This document shows positions 12,014 to 22,478 of a stretch of DNA of 64,000 bases, one piece after another. The translations under genes were made by a program, and so were the position numbers. Each line of letters opens with the position of its first letter. The first letter of the stretch is position 1. Source of the DNA: Flectonema sp. DT1601 (lineage: Eukaryota); the NCBI GenBank assembly GCA_964019425.1, contig OZ025784.1:992001-1056000 (forward strand), given 5' to 3'. The notes below the pieces were generated by a model. It was not told where the DNA came from. It searched no databases and worked only from the letters and a program-made list of their open reading frames with translations.

Positions 12014-12850
12014 GTTGACCCCTTGGGTATACAGGCCTGGTAGAATCCAGTCTTGAAGTCCCAGGTAACAAGGGATGTGCTGCAGTGGAACGAATAGTTC
12101 ATATCTCCCGGAACCAGTTTGTTCTCCTCCTTTGTCAGAGGATGAATGTTCCCTGCCCCCCTCCCCACATTCCGGGACAGCGGTATGTACCCCAATGTGG
12201 TGTCTGAAAGGGCCGACACCCCTGCATGCTTGGCCAGCCTGCTTATCAGCCCTTCTGTGAGCCCTTGCTGCTCTTGGTCCGATGCCAACAGATGACTTAT
12301 CGCACCTCTCTTTATTGAGTGGGCGGTGTATCTTTTCATCCTACTGTCTTGCTGGAACGTTTTCACTAATCTTGATGTGCCCCACGGGTGTAGTTTTTTG
12401 AACCCCCCCATCGCACCCAGCAAGATCTTTATCTCTTCTGTGTGGTTCCCCTTTATCACCGTCCATCTGCTTGGTGGGTTTGCCCCCCTTCCCTTCGGCA
12501 TGCGGAACCAATCGATAATGAACTGGTCCTTTGAGACCAATCCACCAGGTCATTGGTGTTGCCTGCTCTAGGTATTGCCGCCCCGTGCTGCAGCTTCAAC
12601 AGAGGTCTGCTTTCTATTCCGATTCCCCCCCATCACTGCAGATAGACTCTTTGCATAAGAGAGAAGCCCCTGCACTGCCACACGAACAGAACAGAGCTTG
12701 TGTTTGCTGGTTTCCGTCACTTCTATGTATGTAACGGAATCCTCGGCATGCCGCTTCTCTGCCCCCTTGGGGCACCCCATCATGTTCAGCATGTTACATA
12801 GGAAAAGGTTTCAGTCTTCCGAACCTTCGGGTTTGTAGTTGACGACATTC
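12014..12850 (-). mobile_element. Tyrosine recombinase fragment of a TATE/VIPER-like (DIRS-group) retroelement, internally deleted
   Basis: FIIDWFRMPKG...YTAHSIKRGAISHL...SRLAKH...TTLGY shows the HxxR (12304-12321), H and catalytic Tyr (12187-12189) motifs; the first catalytic Arg region is missing; GC-rich relative to host DNA. Confidence 0.8.
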
Positions 12851-13176
12851 CCTCGAAGCAAAAAAAAAGGGAATTAAAGAAACCAACCATTCAAAGGCAA
12901 GTATGCACTTCAATGGTATCAAATAATGCTAGCAGACAGACGTATAGTGATAAGAAGCAACCCTGTGGAGTAACTACATGTTACTTGTGGGACTCAATAA
13001 AGTAAATAGTTTTTTTTTGCATTTAACAAGTATTGTAAGAACGAAAAAGAATGTTGGCAGCACACGTAAACCTCCTTTAGCTTTATCAGTTTAAGTCGGT
13101 TCACGGTTTCGTGCACAAACAAAAAATCACAGTGTTATATCATTATTTTCTGTATAGTTGAAGTTAAAGCCAATTC

Positions 13177-13922
13177 TTTTTTTTTTTTTTTTGACTCAAA
13201 GTCAAATTCATGTTAGGATTCTTCCTAACTATGTTTTTTCCTATCCTTCTTCTTCCGTCTTTGGTGCTTGAGGTACTGCTACTGGCCCTTGCTGAGTTGT
13301 GGTAGACCTCTTCTTCAGACCCGCTAATTCCTGCATGATAACTTGTATTACGGCTCCCTGTTGTTCCTGATGGACCTGCTGTTGTTGATTGATACTCTGG
13401 AACTGTATTCTGGTTCTGCTGATCTTGTTGTTGCTGTTGTGGAACCTGTTGCTCTTTGAATGCTTCCCCCATGCCCCCGATGTTCTCAGCTTTCTCGGCG
13501 GCCTCCCCAACCTTCCTCACCGATTGACATTCGTTTCTCAACGAGTCGAATCCTTGCTTGGTGTCGCTTCGGAGCGTGTCCGTGCCCTGCTAGCGATCCC
13601 ATCGCATCCTCTGCCTCGTCGTGTGTCACCAACCTATCCGACCCCGGATATCCGCTCGCTCATCCGGGCGGCGCTCTGGTTGACCAACTGCAAGCGGCTC
13701 CTTGATAGAACCCCCAGTATTACTAGACACTTATTCATCGAAAGTGTCTTGGCTGCGTCGCTTGAGATCCCAAGACACATAGCCAGTGTGCCTTGGATCA
13801 ACCTCCTCGTCTCCTTGTCCGATCTCAATGTACTTAGATCGTTTTAATATAAGTTTTCTTGTGATGAAGACAGGGGTGTGAGAACAATAAAGTACAGAAA
13901 CTGTAGCTTTAGAATCGTTGGT
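13177..13922 (-). pseudogene. SL-capped retroposed mRNA (degraded ORF, possibly gag-like ORF1 of the YR element)
   Basis: SL at the 5' end; GC-rich frameshifted coding sequence ending ...PQAPKTEEEG* at 13241; A16 tract at 13192-13177. Confidence 0.7.
13885..13922 (-). other. Spliced-leader (mini-exon) sequence, 38 nt, genomically embedded
   Basis: Minus strand reads ACCAACGATTCTAAAGCTACAGTTTCTGTACTTTATTG: conserved euglenozoan 3' half (CAGTTTCTGTACT.TATTG) and diplonemid-type 5' half; followed by TTCTC, not a GT donor. Confidence 0.95.
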
Positions 13923-13926
13923 AGTT

Positions 13927-14200
13927 GGGGGTTGTACCCGAGGGGGGCAGACACAAACAATCGCTTGATCTTAGATACAGGTCACCATCAGATGTATGAT
14001 GGTGGGGGTGGTAATGTAACTGGTGTCACATTTTTCATGATTGACGATGATAATAATATTAATGTACGTACAACTCTGCATGTTTTGTATGCCTTTCCTG
14101 GATCAGATCCAACTCGTATGTCAGAGAATCACCACACTACCCTGAGAGTCTGAAGCTATATCTGAATGCACGACATAATGAGATTATCAACGAAAACAAC
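13927..14200 (+). pseudogene. HNH endonuclease pseudogene, copy 3 (5'-truncated, internal deletions)
   Basis: GLYPRGADTNNRLILDTGHHQMYDG...RMSENHHT / PESLKLYLNARHNEIINENN aligns to the C-terminus of copy 1. Confidence 0.65.
13943..14140 (+). repeat. Right copy of ~197-bp direct repeat (partner 11818-12013)
   Basis: Direct nucleotide comparison. Confidence 0.95.
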
Positions 14201-14459
14201 GCATGTATATTGATGTATATATTTATCACCGTCACCTGTCTCATAGTTTTCCTCTCATTGATATTAGAGAATTATCCACACAAAAGCCTAGAAGCGCTCT
14301 ACATTGATTTAAGAGACTGCCTGGATTATTGCAACAAGTTGCCTCAAAGAATCTTTCATCATCGCTTAAGCATTTTTTAAACTGCTTCTTCGTGACAATA
14401 TTGACGACCTTCTTATGTTCGCTCTCTTTTGCTTTCATCTTCTCGCAGGTCTCTTCCAA
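14200..14459 (-). mobile_element. Mutator-like DDE transposase remnant B
   Basis: KVVNIVTKK...ATCCNNPGS /frameshift/ KSM*SASRLLCG*FSNINEENYETGDGDK matches the C..N..GSSxxME-x(~22-25)-GDGD core of Mutator-like transposases. Confidence 0.65.
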
Positions 14460-14843
14460 GAGTTTACCATATCATTCGAGGTATTTTAGTGTCTGAAAAA
14501 GGAGAATATTAATACAACTAACGTCCAATAACACAAAACTCGCGCAATCTTCGCTGCTGCAATAGAAATGACTAATCTCGTTGCGGAACAAGGAGTAAAA
14601 CAAAAACAGTAACGGCTTTGCTTTTACCTTTGCTACAGAGTTGCTTCAAATCAAAAAAATAACAAAAAATACCACCGACAGCGCAGCCAAACTGGGCTAG
14701 TTGACTTCAATGCATTTGACAAAAGAGCTGTGCGGCAGTAGCAGGGGAGTGGCAGAAGATCAAGAGTGAGAGGTACGTACCAGAAATGGAATGTTCTTTT
14801 CAATGCACGAAGAGGATAGTGCTCTGTGTGAAGAAGGAAGTAC

Positions 14844-16901
14844 TTATCGAAGAGAATTAATCACATTGTTCTTAGCCCGTAAAATCACAGACCTCACCCT
14901 AGCATCTGCTACAGAGAGCTCTTCTCTTAGGATAATATCAGTTAAGTATCGCAAAGCTGACCCGTCAATCCCTTCATCTCTCAGCATCTCACAAATTGAA
15001 ATAGGGACACCACATGATTGTAACAAATCGAAAACATCACTTTCAGTAATATCGAGAGCAGTACTAATACAAGAACTCATATTACTGCAGACCCTTGAAG
15101 GCGGAAAAGGGGGCCGCTGTTGGAAGAGTTCATCGAAAGCAGGGACCGGAGAGACGGAATCGAACTCGCAATCATCAGACAAACCATTCCAAGCGCACTC
15201 AGCAGACATGTAAATATCCAATGTAGTGGAAGGTTTCCATGGTTTACGACTGACTATTGAACCTAATATGAGTAATGAAAGTTCTCGGGGACCCTTTCTC
15301 AAGACTGCCAACAGCTGCTGCAGCAGTGGTGCTGCCGACGATGTTGCAACGCCCTGCCTGATTCCCAACAAGTTGGGGAGTACCAATACTTCTTCGAGAA
15401 CATCAGGAGTCAGAACTGATCCACCATTCAGGTAAAGACACTTTATAGAACTCCTTCTTACGAGGGGTTTTATACTTCTCAAATGTTCTAAGAAGGCATT
15501 CACATCACCAGACACCTCCAGCGAGGTCAGCAACGGGTTCTTAAAAACCGAAACTAAAACATCTGCTGCAGTACTACTATCGGGTAGCTGCGCAAATATA
15601 ATTCGAACTTTCTTCAATGAAGCACCCGCCACAATGAACTGCAAACTTGTGTTCTTCTCATCATTATGGCAGAGTGATAGTTTCGTCAAGTCTACGAGTG
15701 CTGCTGTACAAGAATGATATGTCTCCGCCGTGTAGCTGGAATTCATTTCTGGTAGTCGGATTGTAAATGGTGATGATTGTGTTTCCAAATCATCTTCTAT
15801 ATTTACAATCACTCCCGCCTGAAAATTACTAAACGGGACGTCAATATCCTCGATCTCTAACTCTGCTTTTCCCTTCCACGTCACGCGGGCTGAACATATC
15901 ACTTTGACCTCCAGTTCGAACCCCTCTTCTGACATTTTTCGTATTTGTTTTGAAAACTTATATGCTGAGTCGTCATCCCGAACCCTGATGACAAGAATGC
16001 CACCTCCGCGTTTCTGCAACTCCGCAGAGCAGCAGGTTGCGAGGGTTTGTGAATGACCAACATCTACGGCAGTGCATCTGCTTGGAAGGGTTTTCGCGAT
16101 TAATTCAGCAATGTCGATGGGGCAATCATTTCTCTGACCAAAGATAATTCGCGAAGGCTGTAGTTTGTTATTATTAACAAAAGACATAAAGGTGTCGGCT
16201 GAGACATCATCGAGTGCCACGTGTGATATATCGATAGAATAAGGTTTGTTGGGAGACTCTAAGCTTTGAGACAGGCCTCGAAAGGTTTTGAGACTCTCTA
16301 CCGGAGGAAGTAACAGAAATAATTCAAAAACAACACTTGAAGTGGTAACAAACATATTATCATCTGGGCCTTCAGACATGCGTGTGTACCACTCAAATGA
16401 GTTTGTTGGGTATTCACTATGTGATCGGGACTCTGCCAGTTTTGTTCCTGTTGCGTCGTCAGCGATGAACCAAATCGCTCCTTTTCTTCTGATTCTCATT
16501 TTATTTTCACAACAATTCCATTCATTCGGTCCTGTCAGCAAATATCTTCCAACAAGTTGCTGATAACGATCCTTCAGTCCAATAACATACAAAGTATCGA
16601 TACTTGTGTATTCAACTGGTCCTTCATAAATACAATTCTTATGAATACCGCTAAGTATTGACTGGATGTCTGTTTGCGCGAGGGATGCACAAAATGGATA
16701 ATTAAGTCGATCAGAAACACTTGGTGGTGTTGGTGGACTATTTCCTACAATAAGATCTTCCTTGTGATCAAGTACTGCTTTAGAATAACTCAAAGGAGGT
16801 GAAGGAATCTCATTATCTAAGTACACCTCTCCAGAACTCTTATCAAGTGAACTACTGCAAGACAACATACCAACATGTTGGATAGCAACTGGTTGTAAAG
16901 G

Positions 16902-16971
<70 letters not shown>

Positions 16972-18050
16972 GGTAGGCTAGTAAAATAAGTAACCTGATC
17001 AGGAGACTGCTGCCAGCCAGAAGACAACAGTTGTTTTTCTAAGAATGGATAATACAACTGAACACTTTGAGAATGTGCAGCAATAACAGCCTTCGATTCA
17101 CAAGAATATCGCAATGAGTTTGATGGCTTGTCTGAGAAAATCGTCGCATCACCCCCCTGCAGCCACTCGGAAACTTCGAAAATCCCTTTATACGAAGCGC
17201 TAAAAACATGACCAGTCTCAGTGACTGCCATACTGTTGCAAATACCAACGACTTGCGTGTCTATTCTCTGATGCAGAAAATCCCCTTTGCGGATGTCAAA
17301 TGTTTTGATCTCTCCCTTTGCGTTTGAACATCCAAATAGCTTTTCGTTTGCTGAGGCGGACAGGACTGGGACTCCATCACCTTTTTGTAAAGTTGATGCG
17401 GGTAATTGTTGTCTGTAATCCCAAATAACAATCTTTCCAACTCTATCTGCTGATGTGAATAATGGACCACTTTGTTGATGTGTTTTAACGACAGATATCG
17501 CTGCTGTGTGACTGCTGTACGAACTGATTTCTTGACATTGAGAACCATCCAACGAGTAGCATGCGATTCTTGGTGATTGATGTTGATGCCATTCAGCGGC
17601 GATTATTCTGTCTGTTTGTTGAGTGACTGATGTTGTTACGTCTGCTGACGATGGAATAATACATCCCAAAGTCCTTAAGAATCGTTGTCTGTTGCTGAGG
17701 CTGTATCCGAGTACTTGACCACCGCTATTTTTACTCTCTAATGAGAGAGCTATTAACAAAGAGTTAGAATAATCGAGTTGGATGTGTTTGTGTTCTGTTG
17801 GTTTCTTACCAAGTCTTCCAATTTTTCTATCCCACTGGTAGATAACATTTTTTCCGCAACAGTAGACAGTTCCGTGTTTTTCATCACAAGCAACGTCTAG
17901 AACCCGTCCATCTTCTTCAAAGTCCAACACTTCTCTCCCCAACGGTGAGAATCCTGAATTCCCAACACTTCCTGTCTGTGATAATATCGGTGAGGGCACA
18001 CCTTTCAGCACATATTGAGGAGCGACTCCATATTGGTTGTCAGAAGGCAT
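14844..18050 (-). CDS. WD40-repeat protein with polyQ linker, LRR-like region and C-terminal SAM domain
   Basis: 1068 aa; WD repeats (HTAAISVVKTH...FTSADRVGKIVIWDYR; GEIKTFDIR); Q23; C-terminal LRDEGIDGSALRYLTDIILREELSV is SAM-like. Confidence 0.85.
16902..16970 (-). repeat. Pure (CAA)23 microsatellite encoding polyQ
   Basis: Uninterrupted ttg run on the + strand. Confidence 0.95.
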
Positions 18051-19794
18051 TCTAAGACAATGTGATTTTTATTAATAAAAATAACAGAACGAAAACAACA
18101 CAAAACGCCAACAGTCATAACTACTTCGCAGTCAGCTTCACACTTAACGAAACAGGTACCGTTTGCCATAATAAATAAAAGCTAATGAGGATGGAGATCT
18201 GTCCTGTCCATCTTTGGGTCAACAAGCCTCTCAACATAAAAATGTCACGAAATACCCGTCGAGGGGATCTCGAAAGACTTACTTAACGAGAATGGGTTTC
18301 ACGTATCAAATGTGTTGGATAAAATAAAAATAATGCGATTTTATAAAACCGATGCGAAAGATTTAAAAAAAATAAAATAAAATATAAAAATTATTCATTT
18401 TCTTGTCTTCTTTTTCATATAATTATTAAAAAAACAACTACCATAAAAAAAAAAAAAAAACCAAAAAAAAAACCTCTTTATTATTTTCAGCGCAACGCTA
18501 CAAGGAGGTTAATTGTATTACCTTTGTGATGAAACCCCCTCCAACCTGAAATGAAAAAAAAAAAAACGAGAGTTCTCAAAGCTGATCCAACACGCGCACT
18601 AATACTATTCCTGTTCTTAAGAGATGCTAGTTACCTCACAACGTGAGCAAGAAAATAAAGGAAAAAAAAAATCAAAAAAGAAAACCGACAGTCTGGGTTA
18701 ACACCCTGACTCACTTTGGTTGATGAATTCAAAACTTACTACCCACGTGAGAGCCCTTAGCCAGCCTGACTGAAGAAAGATAAGAGTTTTTTAAAAAAAA
18801 AAATTAAAAAAAAAAGAACCGAGAAATTCAATAAAGACCGATGGCAAGACATAAAATCATAACAACCAAACTAATGGTCCCCACCGCATGGGTAACCTTT
18901 TCTAGCCTGACAAAAGAGAAGAAGAGTTTTCGCATAAAAGCTTTACAAAGTACCATAGATTCTTACAAAACGACTATGATTGGCTGCTACGAAATTCATT
19001 AATAAATTCAAATCCCAAGTGATAAGGATAAGAAGTACTCAACACAGGAAGTACATCAGTGAGAGAAGTAACAGCAAGCAGCAAGAAACAACTGCTGCCT
19101 GCTGTAGCTGACAGGACCAAGTAGCTTAGTAATCCTTCTGTCATAAGATTAGAAAATATCTCGACTACCACAAGTCTGACATTTTTTGCTGTTTTGATTT
19201 TGATTGTTAGAAGTCACTACCAGCACCAAACAGACCTGTGGATCGGTCATCGAAGTCTTCACTGCACCCGAGTTTGGAATTTAATTTTTTTTTTTTTTTT
19301 TTTTTTCCCCTGCACTTTAGAAGATTCGGAAATACATCTGCCCTATAACAACTTCCTCCACAAAACTTATTTTCAATCTCAGCACCAGTTCAGTGGAGTT
19401 GTTGCCTTGTGTACCATCCTTGGGGACCCTTTGGAGGAATGGATTCCGACAGAGTGACCAAGACTTGCTGAAATGTACTTTCTGATGGCCACATAAGAAG
19501 TTCCGACTGATTAACTATAAAGTACTAAAGTCCTAACTTTAAGTAATAAGTAGGACAGAGATGTCATAAACGGTTGCTGTAGACCCCGCACTACTCCAAC
19601 ATTCACCGACAGTAAAACTCCCTCCTCATACGGAGGAAGACTACTTTCGATAAACTTGCAGTACTGCAGAGTTTGCACGCAGCAAAAGTTATTTTTTTGC
19701 CTCCTGGCTGAAAGCCAGACACTTCCTCCACCACAGCGGGAATGCGTTTTATATGTTTCCAAAATAACATATTAATGAATTTAATTGTTGTTAA

Positions 19795-20392
19795 TTAAAT
19801 TGGATTGATGCGGAAGTGAAGACTCATGATGGAGATGACGAGTGTTTTCAAATCCTGTTTTTAGTTGTTTTGTTTGACAATGCCAAACTACTAATTAGTA
19901 ATAATAACAACAACATACCTGTGTCAGGTAATAAAAGTTCTTCATGCCCTCAGGGTCGTCAGAACCTTCCGTCTCGAGGAGAGAACCAATTTTAGTTGTT
20001 GTGAATGAGATGTGTTCTTCTCCAATTACAACTTCCAGTTCCTGTCGACCGACCTTGTCGGGCTCCGGCCAGGCACCATCGTCAGCGTTCATAACGTTGC
20101 TTTCGTCAATAATACGCCTCAACTCCTCCAATACCATTTTAGAAACGTAAACTTCTTTTCTAATAATACCTCCCTGCTTGTAATTGGAGTTGTTGGCATA
20201 ACGAAGGTGGCCGTCTTTCTGTTTTTAGGTTGAGTGTTTTTTTTTTTTTTTTTTCATAACTAGATTCAGCCATCTTGTTGTTAACGCATTAAATAATTAA
20301 AAGTTAAATACCTTGAACTCAAACTCTAAGAATTCGTGTCCATACTTCCCCCTGTGCCCAATGTAGTACCTAACGTAGAATTCTTCTTCCAT
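19795..20392 (-). CDS. MAGOH: Mago nashi (exon junction complex core), 3 exons: 20392-20312, 20218-19919, 19854-19795
   Basis: Spliced 146 aa: [41 protein letters not shown]...[13 protein letters not shown]...[29 protein letters not shown] introns keep the frame. Confidence 0.97.
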
Positions 20393-20903
20393 ATTATTAA
20401 GTTTTTGTGTTGTTTTTTTTTTTTTTTTTTTTGTCTTTTTTTTTTTTTGAAAAAAAAAAAGGAAAGGGGGAAATAAAAAAGTAAACGGGTTTCCTGCTAA
20501 AGAGAATGTCAAGTGTTTTTCTCTAAAAAAAAAAAAAAATGCACTTAAAGAAATAAGATAAATGATCACATTGTTAACACAAGTAAACCACATATTGTAC
20601 TCACCCTCACCCTGTATAATATAACTACGTTAATCTGAGAGGTAATAGCATGTAGTAAAACAGATAAAACAAGAGTAACAAAGCGTTACTTTGTCCGTTG
20701 CAATGTTCAGTACTCTGTAGCACAACACACGGGAACAAAGTCGTCGTTACAATCACAGTAACGAAAAGAAAACTATAAATGAGTCTGAGAGAGCACGAAC
20801 AATTACCGGTTGCTAATTATCTCCTATTCATCTTTACTACTTATTGAGTAGCGCTCCACTACACATGAGAGGGATTGGGAAAGGAGGACTTATTTAAATC
20901 TGT

Positions 20904-22478
20904 TTACCCCATTTGACTAATTTCAATCTCCTCTGACCTGCAGAAATCGTTGCAGGCACCCGACGAGATGAACTCTGCAGCAGCTTCGAATGTAGACATC
21001 GCATAGGCGATGTTAGAAAAACCCATCGAAGGACATCCAAAGTCTCTGATATACGCAAGACATCCGATTAGGGGAAAGGTGTTCTTACGACCAACAGAGA
21101 GAGCGATGACTCTCATGAGAAGAGGAAGTAAAAGATCAGCTGACGCTTCAGCAGCGATATCTGTCTCATCACTCTCTGGAGAGTCTTCCAACACTGCGAG
21201 AGAGATACTTGCGAGAGCTCTTCCCATTTCTAAAGGAGTTCGTAAATTCCCGAGATCATTACAAAGTTTTACAGCCCGCTCTTGATCGCCACGAAATCCC
21301 TTTGGAATTTGCCACTCCAGCCACGATAAGTTTTCCAACTCTGAACACAAGTTTTGAAAATCTTCATCAGCATCTTTGTGAAGTTCAATCCATCTCTTTA
21401 ATAACTTCACATGCATACCTCCAATAATATAACCGTGGATACATTGTTCAACTATTTCTTCATCTTCAGTACCGTCGACCTTTGATAAGACGTCTCCAGC
21501 GAACGATTCGCATAAAAAATTAGTTTTCGCCGGAGTTAAGTGCGAAAGGTCATCAGGAGGAAAGAAGTAATGAGCGTTAGTAATTAATATTTCCTCATCC
21601 ATGTGAGAGATGATTGGACTGATTCCTGGATTAGAGTCACTCAACTGTTGAAGGTAACGTCTCTGATCTCTCAGATTTATCGGTTTTCCTTCTTCAGTCT
21701 TCTCACCAGACGATGTTACTGAACTGTTGAACGACGTGTTTAGCTGCAATAGAGTAGTGCCGTATTTCACAGCGTTTCGCTTTCCCTTTTTACTAGCTGA
21801 AATTAAAGCTGATTGTAACCAAAGTACAACGACAGTTGTGTTTTCAAGTTTCTCCCATTTGAAAACATTAATTTCTGTGTGCTGTTCAGGGGACTCTGTC
21901 CCAGCTATTAGTGGCACTGGTCGATACGAAACCAACAACGAAATGTTATTTTCAGAATCCTCGTTTACATCGACTGCCAATCCGTCATTACGCAGACTGT
22001 GGTATCGGAATGTGTCCCACGAGGGGGCTGCAGATGAGTTGGCGTCAGGTATCAGAAGATGTGCCTGCACGTCTTGATAGGATATTTCACTCTCTGAACA
22101 CCAGCTTGCCGGTGGTAAGCATAGTAAATGAGTTACATCAGCACTCTTTGCTATTTGAAACAACGATCGATAGTTGCCAGCCAATTGTCTGAATAGAGGT
22201 GATTCTGTCCAGCATCTCTTCTCGCTGGTCGATTGTTTCTCTCGCTGTTGTCCTAAGCGAGTGAGTCTTGTGGTGGTCATTGTCTTCGTAAACTTTAAAT
22301 CACTTTTACCAAATTGAGAATATCTATTCGGAATTCCCAACATTGAAGTTGCACACGCACCAGTGTGCATTCTTGAGTAGTCGCCAATGGCCAACGAAAA
22401 CCGACTTCTCCTTTTTTGAGTCGATTGAAGTCGTTCCTTTTCAGCCTCCTGCTTTAAGCTCATCTCCTTTAAGCTCAT
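20904..22478 (-). CDS. VPS9-domain protein (Rab5-family GEF)
   Basis: SADLLLPLLMRVI and AYAMSTFEAAAEFI match the VPS9 ADxLLP and YxxTTxxAA motifs; first ATG at 22478. Confidence 0.85.
   Translation of the reverse strand: MSLKEMSLKQEAEKERLQSTQKRRSRFSLAIGDYSRMHTGACATSMLGIPNRYSQFGKSDLKFTKTMTTTRLTRLGQQREKQSTSEKRCWTESPLFRQLAGNYRSLFQIAKSADVTHLLCLPPASWCSESEISYQDVQAHLLIPDANSSAAPSWDTFRYHSLRNDGLAVDVNEDSENNISLLVSYRPVPLIAGTESPEQHTEINVFKWEKLENTTVVVLWLQSALISASKKGKRNAVKYGTTLLQLNTSFNSSVTSSGEKTEEGKPINLRDQRRYLQQLSDSNPGISPIISHMDEEILITNAHYFFPPDDLSHLTPAKTNFLCESFAGDVLSKVDGTEDEEIVEQCIHGYIIGGMHVKLLKRWIELHKDADEDFQNLCSELENLSWLEWQIPKGFRGDQERAVKLCNDLGNLRTPLEMGRALASISLAVLEDSPESDETDIAAEASADLLLPLLMRVIALSVGRKNTFPLIGCLAYIRDFGCPSMGFSNIAYAMSTFEAAAEFISSGACNDFCRSEEIEISQMG

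Noticed and set aside
13885..13922. Functional SL RNA gene
   Set aside because: The exon is followed by TTCTC rather than the GT donor and SL intron, it lacks the first nucleotide, and it is not in a tandem array.
18725..18906. Alternative terminal exons encoding a tail anchor (…VVMILCLAIGLY*) or PTS1-like SKF*
   Set aside because: No upstream coding exon or donor could be linked, and the acceptors are of the pyrimidine (trans-like) type.
19310..19510. Minus-strand frame continuing through a TGA at 19392-19390 (selenocysteine/readthrough?)
   Set aside because: No recognisable protein, redox motif or SECIS; short open frames are expected by chance in this GC-richer block.
19715..19728. GAGGAAGTGTCTGG resembling RNase P CR-I
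   Set aside because: Spacing differs, part is sequestered in a local hairpin, and no matching CR-V strand was found.
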